DNA of 64,000 nt from Albugo candida (lineage: Eukaryota). The notes below the pieces were generated by a model. It was not told where the DNA came from. It was given only the letters and a program-made list of their open reading frames with translations, and made no database searches. The DNA is taken from the NCBI GenBank assembly GCA_040437565.1, contig JBDOQK010000079.1, forward strand, positions 1 to 64,000, in the 5' to 3' direction. Shown here piece by piece: positions 63,601 to 64,000 of this stretch (positions within the stretch are counted from its first letter, which is position 1; every line of letters starts with the position of its first letter). The translations under genes and the position numbers were made by a program.

Positions 63601-64000
63601 CCTTCCGTTTTCATAGCTCAGAGTAACTCTTTTCTCTTTAAACATGCAGTATGAAACAGAGTTATGCGCAAGGTATCTAGCGTAATAAGCTTCCCTTAAA
63701 GTGACCACATGCGCGGTCCCATGTACGATAGCACTCAGCGTAACTTGACCAACCTTCGTGACATTAGTCGACTGTCCATCTGCAACGTTGCACTCGCCGG
63801 AGCAGTCTACTGAAATTATCGAGAATGGTGTCATCCATCAGCAGGTGTCTACTGGCACCACTGCCCAAAATCCAGGTCTTCTGATTTTGACCAGTTGGAC
63901 TGACGCTGCACTCAAAGAGAACGACGCTTGATTTCTGTTGTCTTTTTTTGGACATTCTCGCTTGGTATGGCCAACTTGATTATCGCTTTCTGTCTCCATG
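60675..64000 (-). mobile_element. Ty1/copia LTR retrotransposon, decayed, running off the window end
   Basis: Copia domain order: protease WILGSGASRH, GAG-pre-integrase LHNRIGH, integrase LRTDGGVEY...NGKVER, RT GVYVDDL, RNase H VALSTMEAEF...RSKHI. A purine tract GGAAAGGAG followed by TGTTG at 60675 marks the probable 3' LTR start; the LTR end was not defined. Confidence 0.93.

Overview
Eukaryotic draft-assembly window with short GT-AG introns, tight gene packing and seven 100-N gaps. Gene content points to an oomycete, plausibly Albugo-like (inference only). A gene-dense core (about 6.5-34 kb) holds tyrosinase, a small spliced conserved gene, VPS9 GEF, Rab escort protein, a UEV-like protein, aspartokinase-homoserine dehydrogenase, an Orai-like channel, cathepsin Z, MCU, Ste24 and a hexose-6-P epimerase. 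It is flanked by decayed transposons (Tc1-like, two LINE copies, a Mutator cluster, a copia element) and a 7TM-INPP4 fusion gene. The most interesting signal is a candidate ADP-ribosylation module not visible in the ORF track. A compact spliced PARP gene with an H-Y-Q triad sits head-to-head with a divergent macrodomain-like gene, and a second PARP paralog (H-Y-E, same intron positions) and a second macrodomain-like paralog lie elsewhere in the window. Also notable are an apparently dead HSD domain on the aspartokinase, single lesions in REP and Orai, and a roughly 3 kb decayed intronless ORF of unknown origin. Six gap-flanking duplications look like assembly artefacts.
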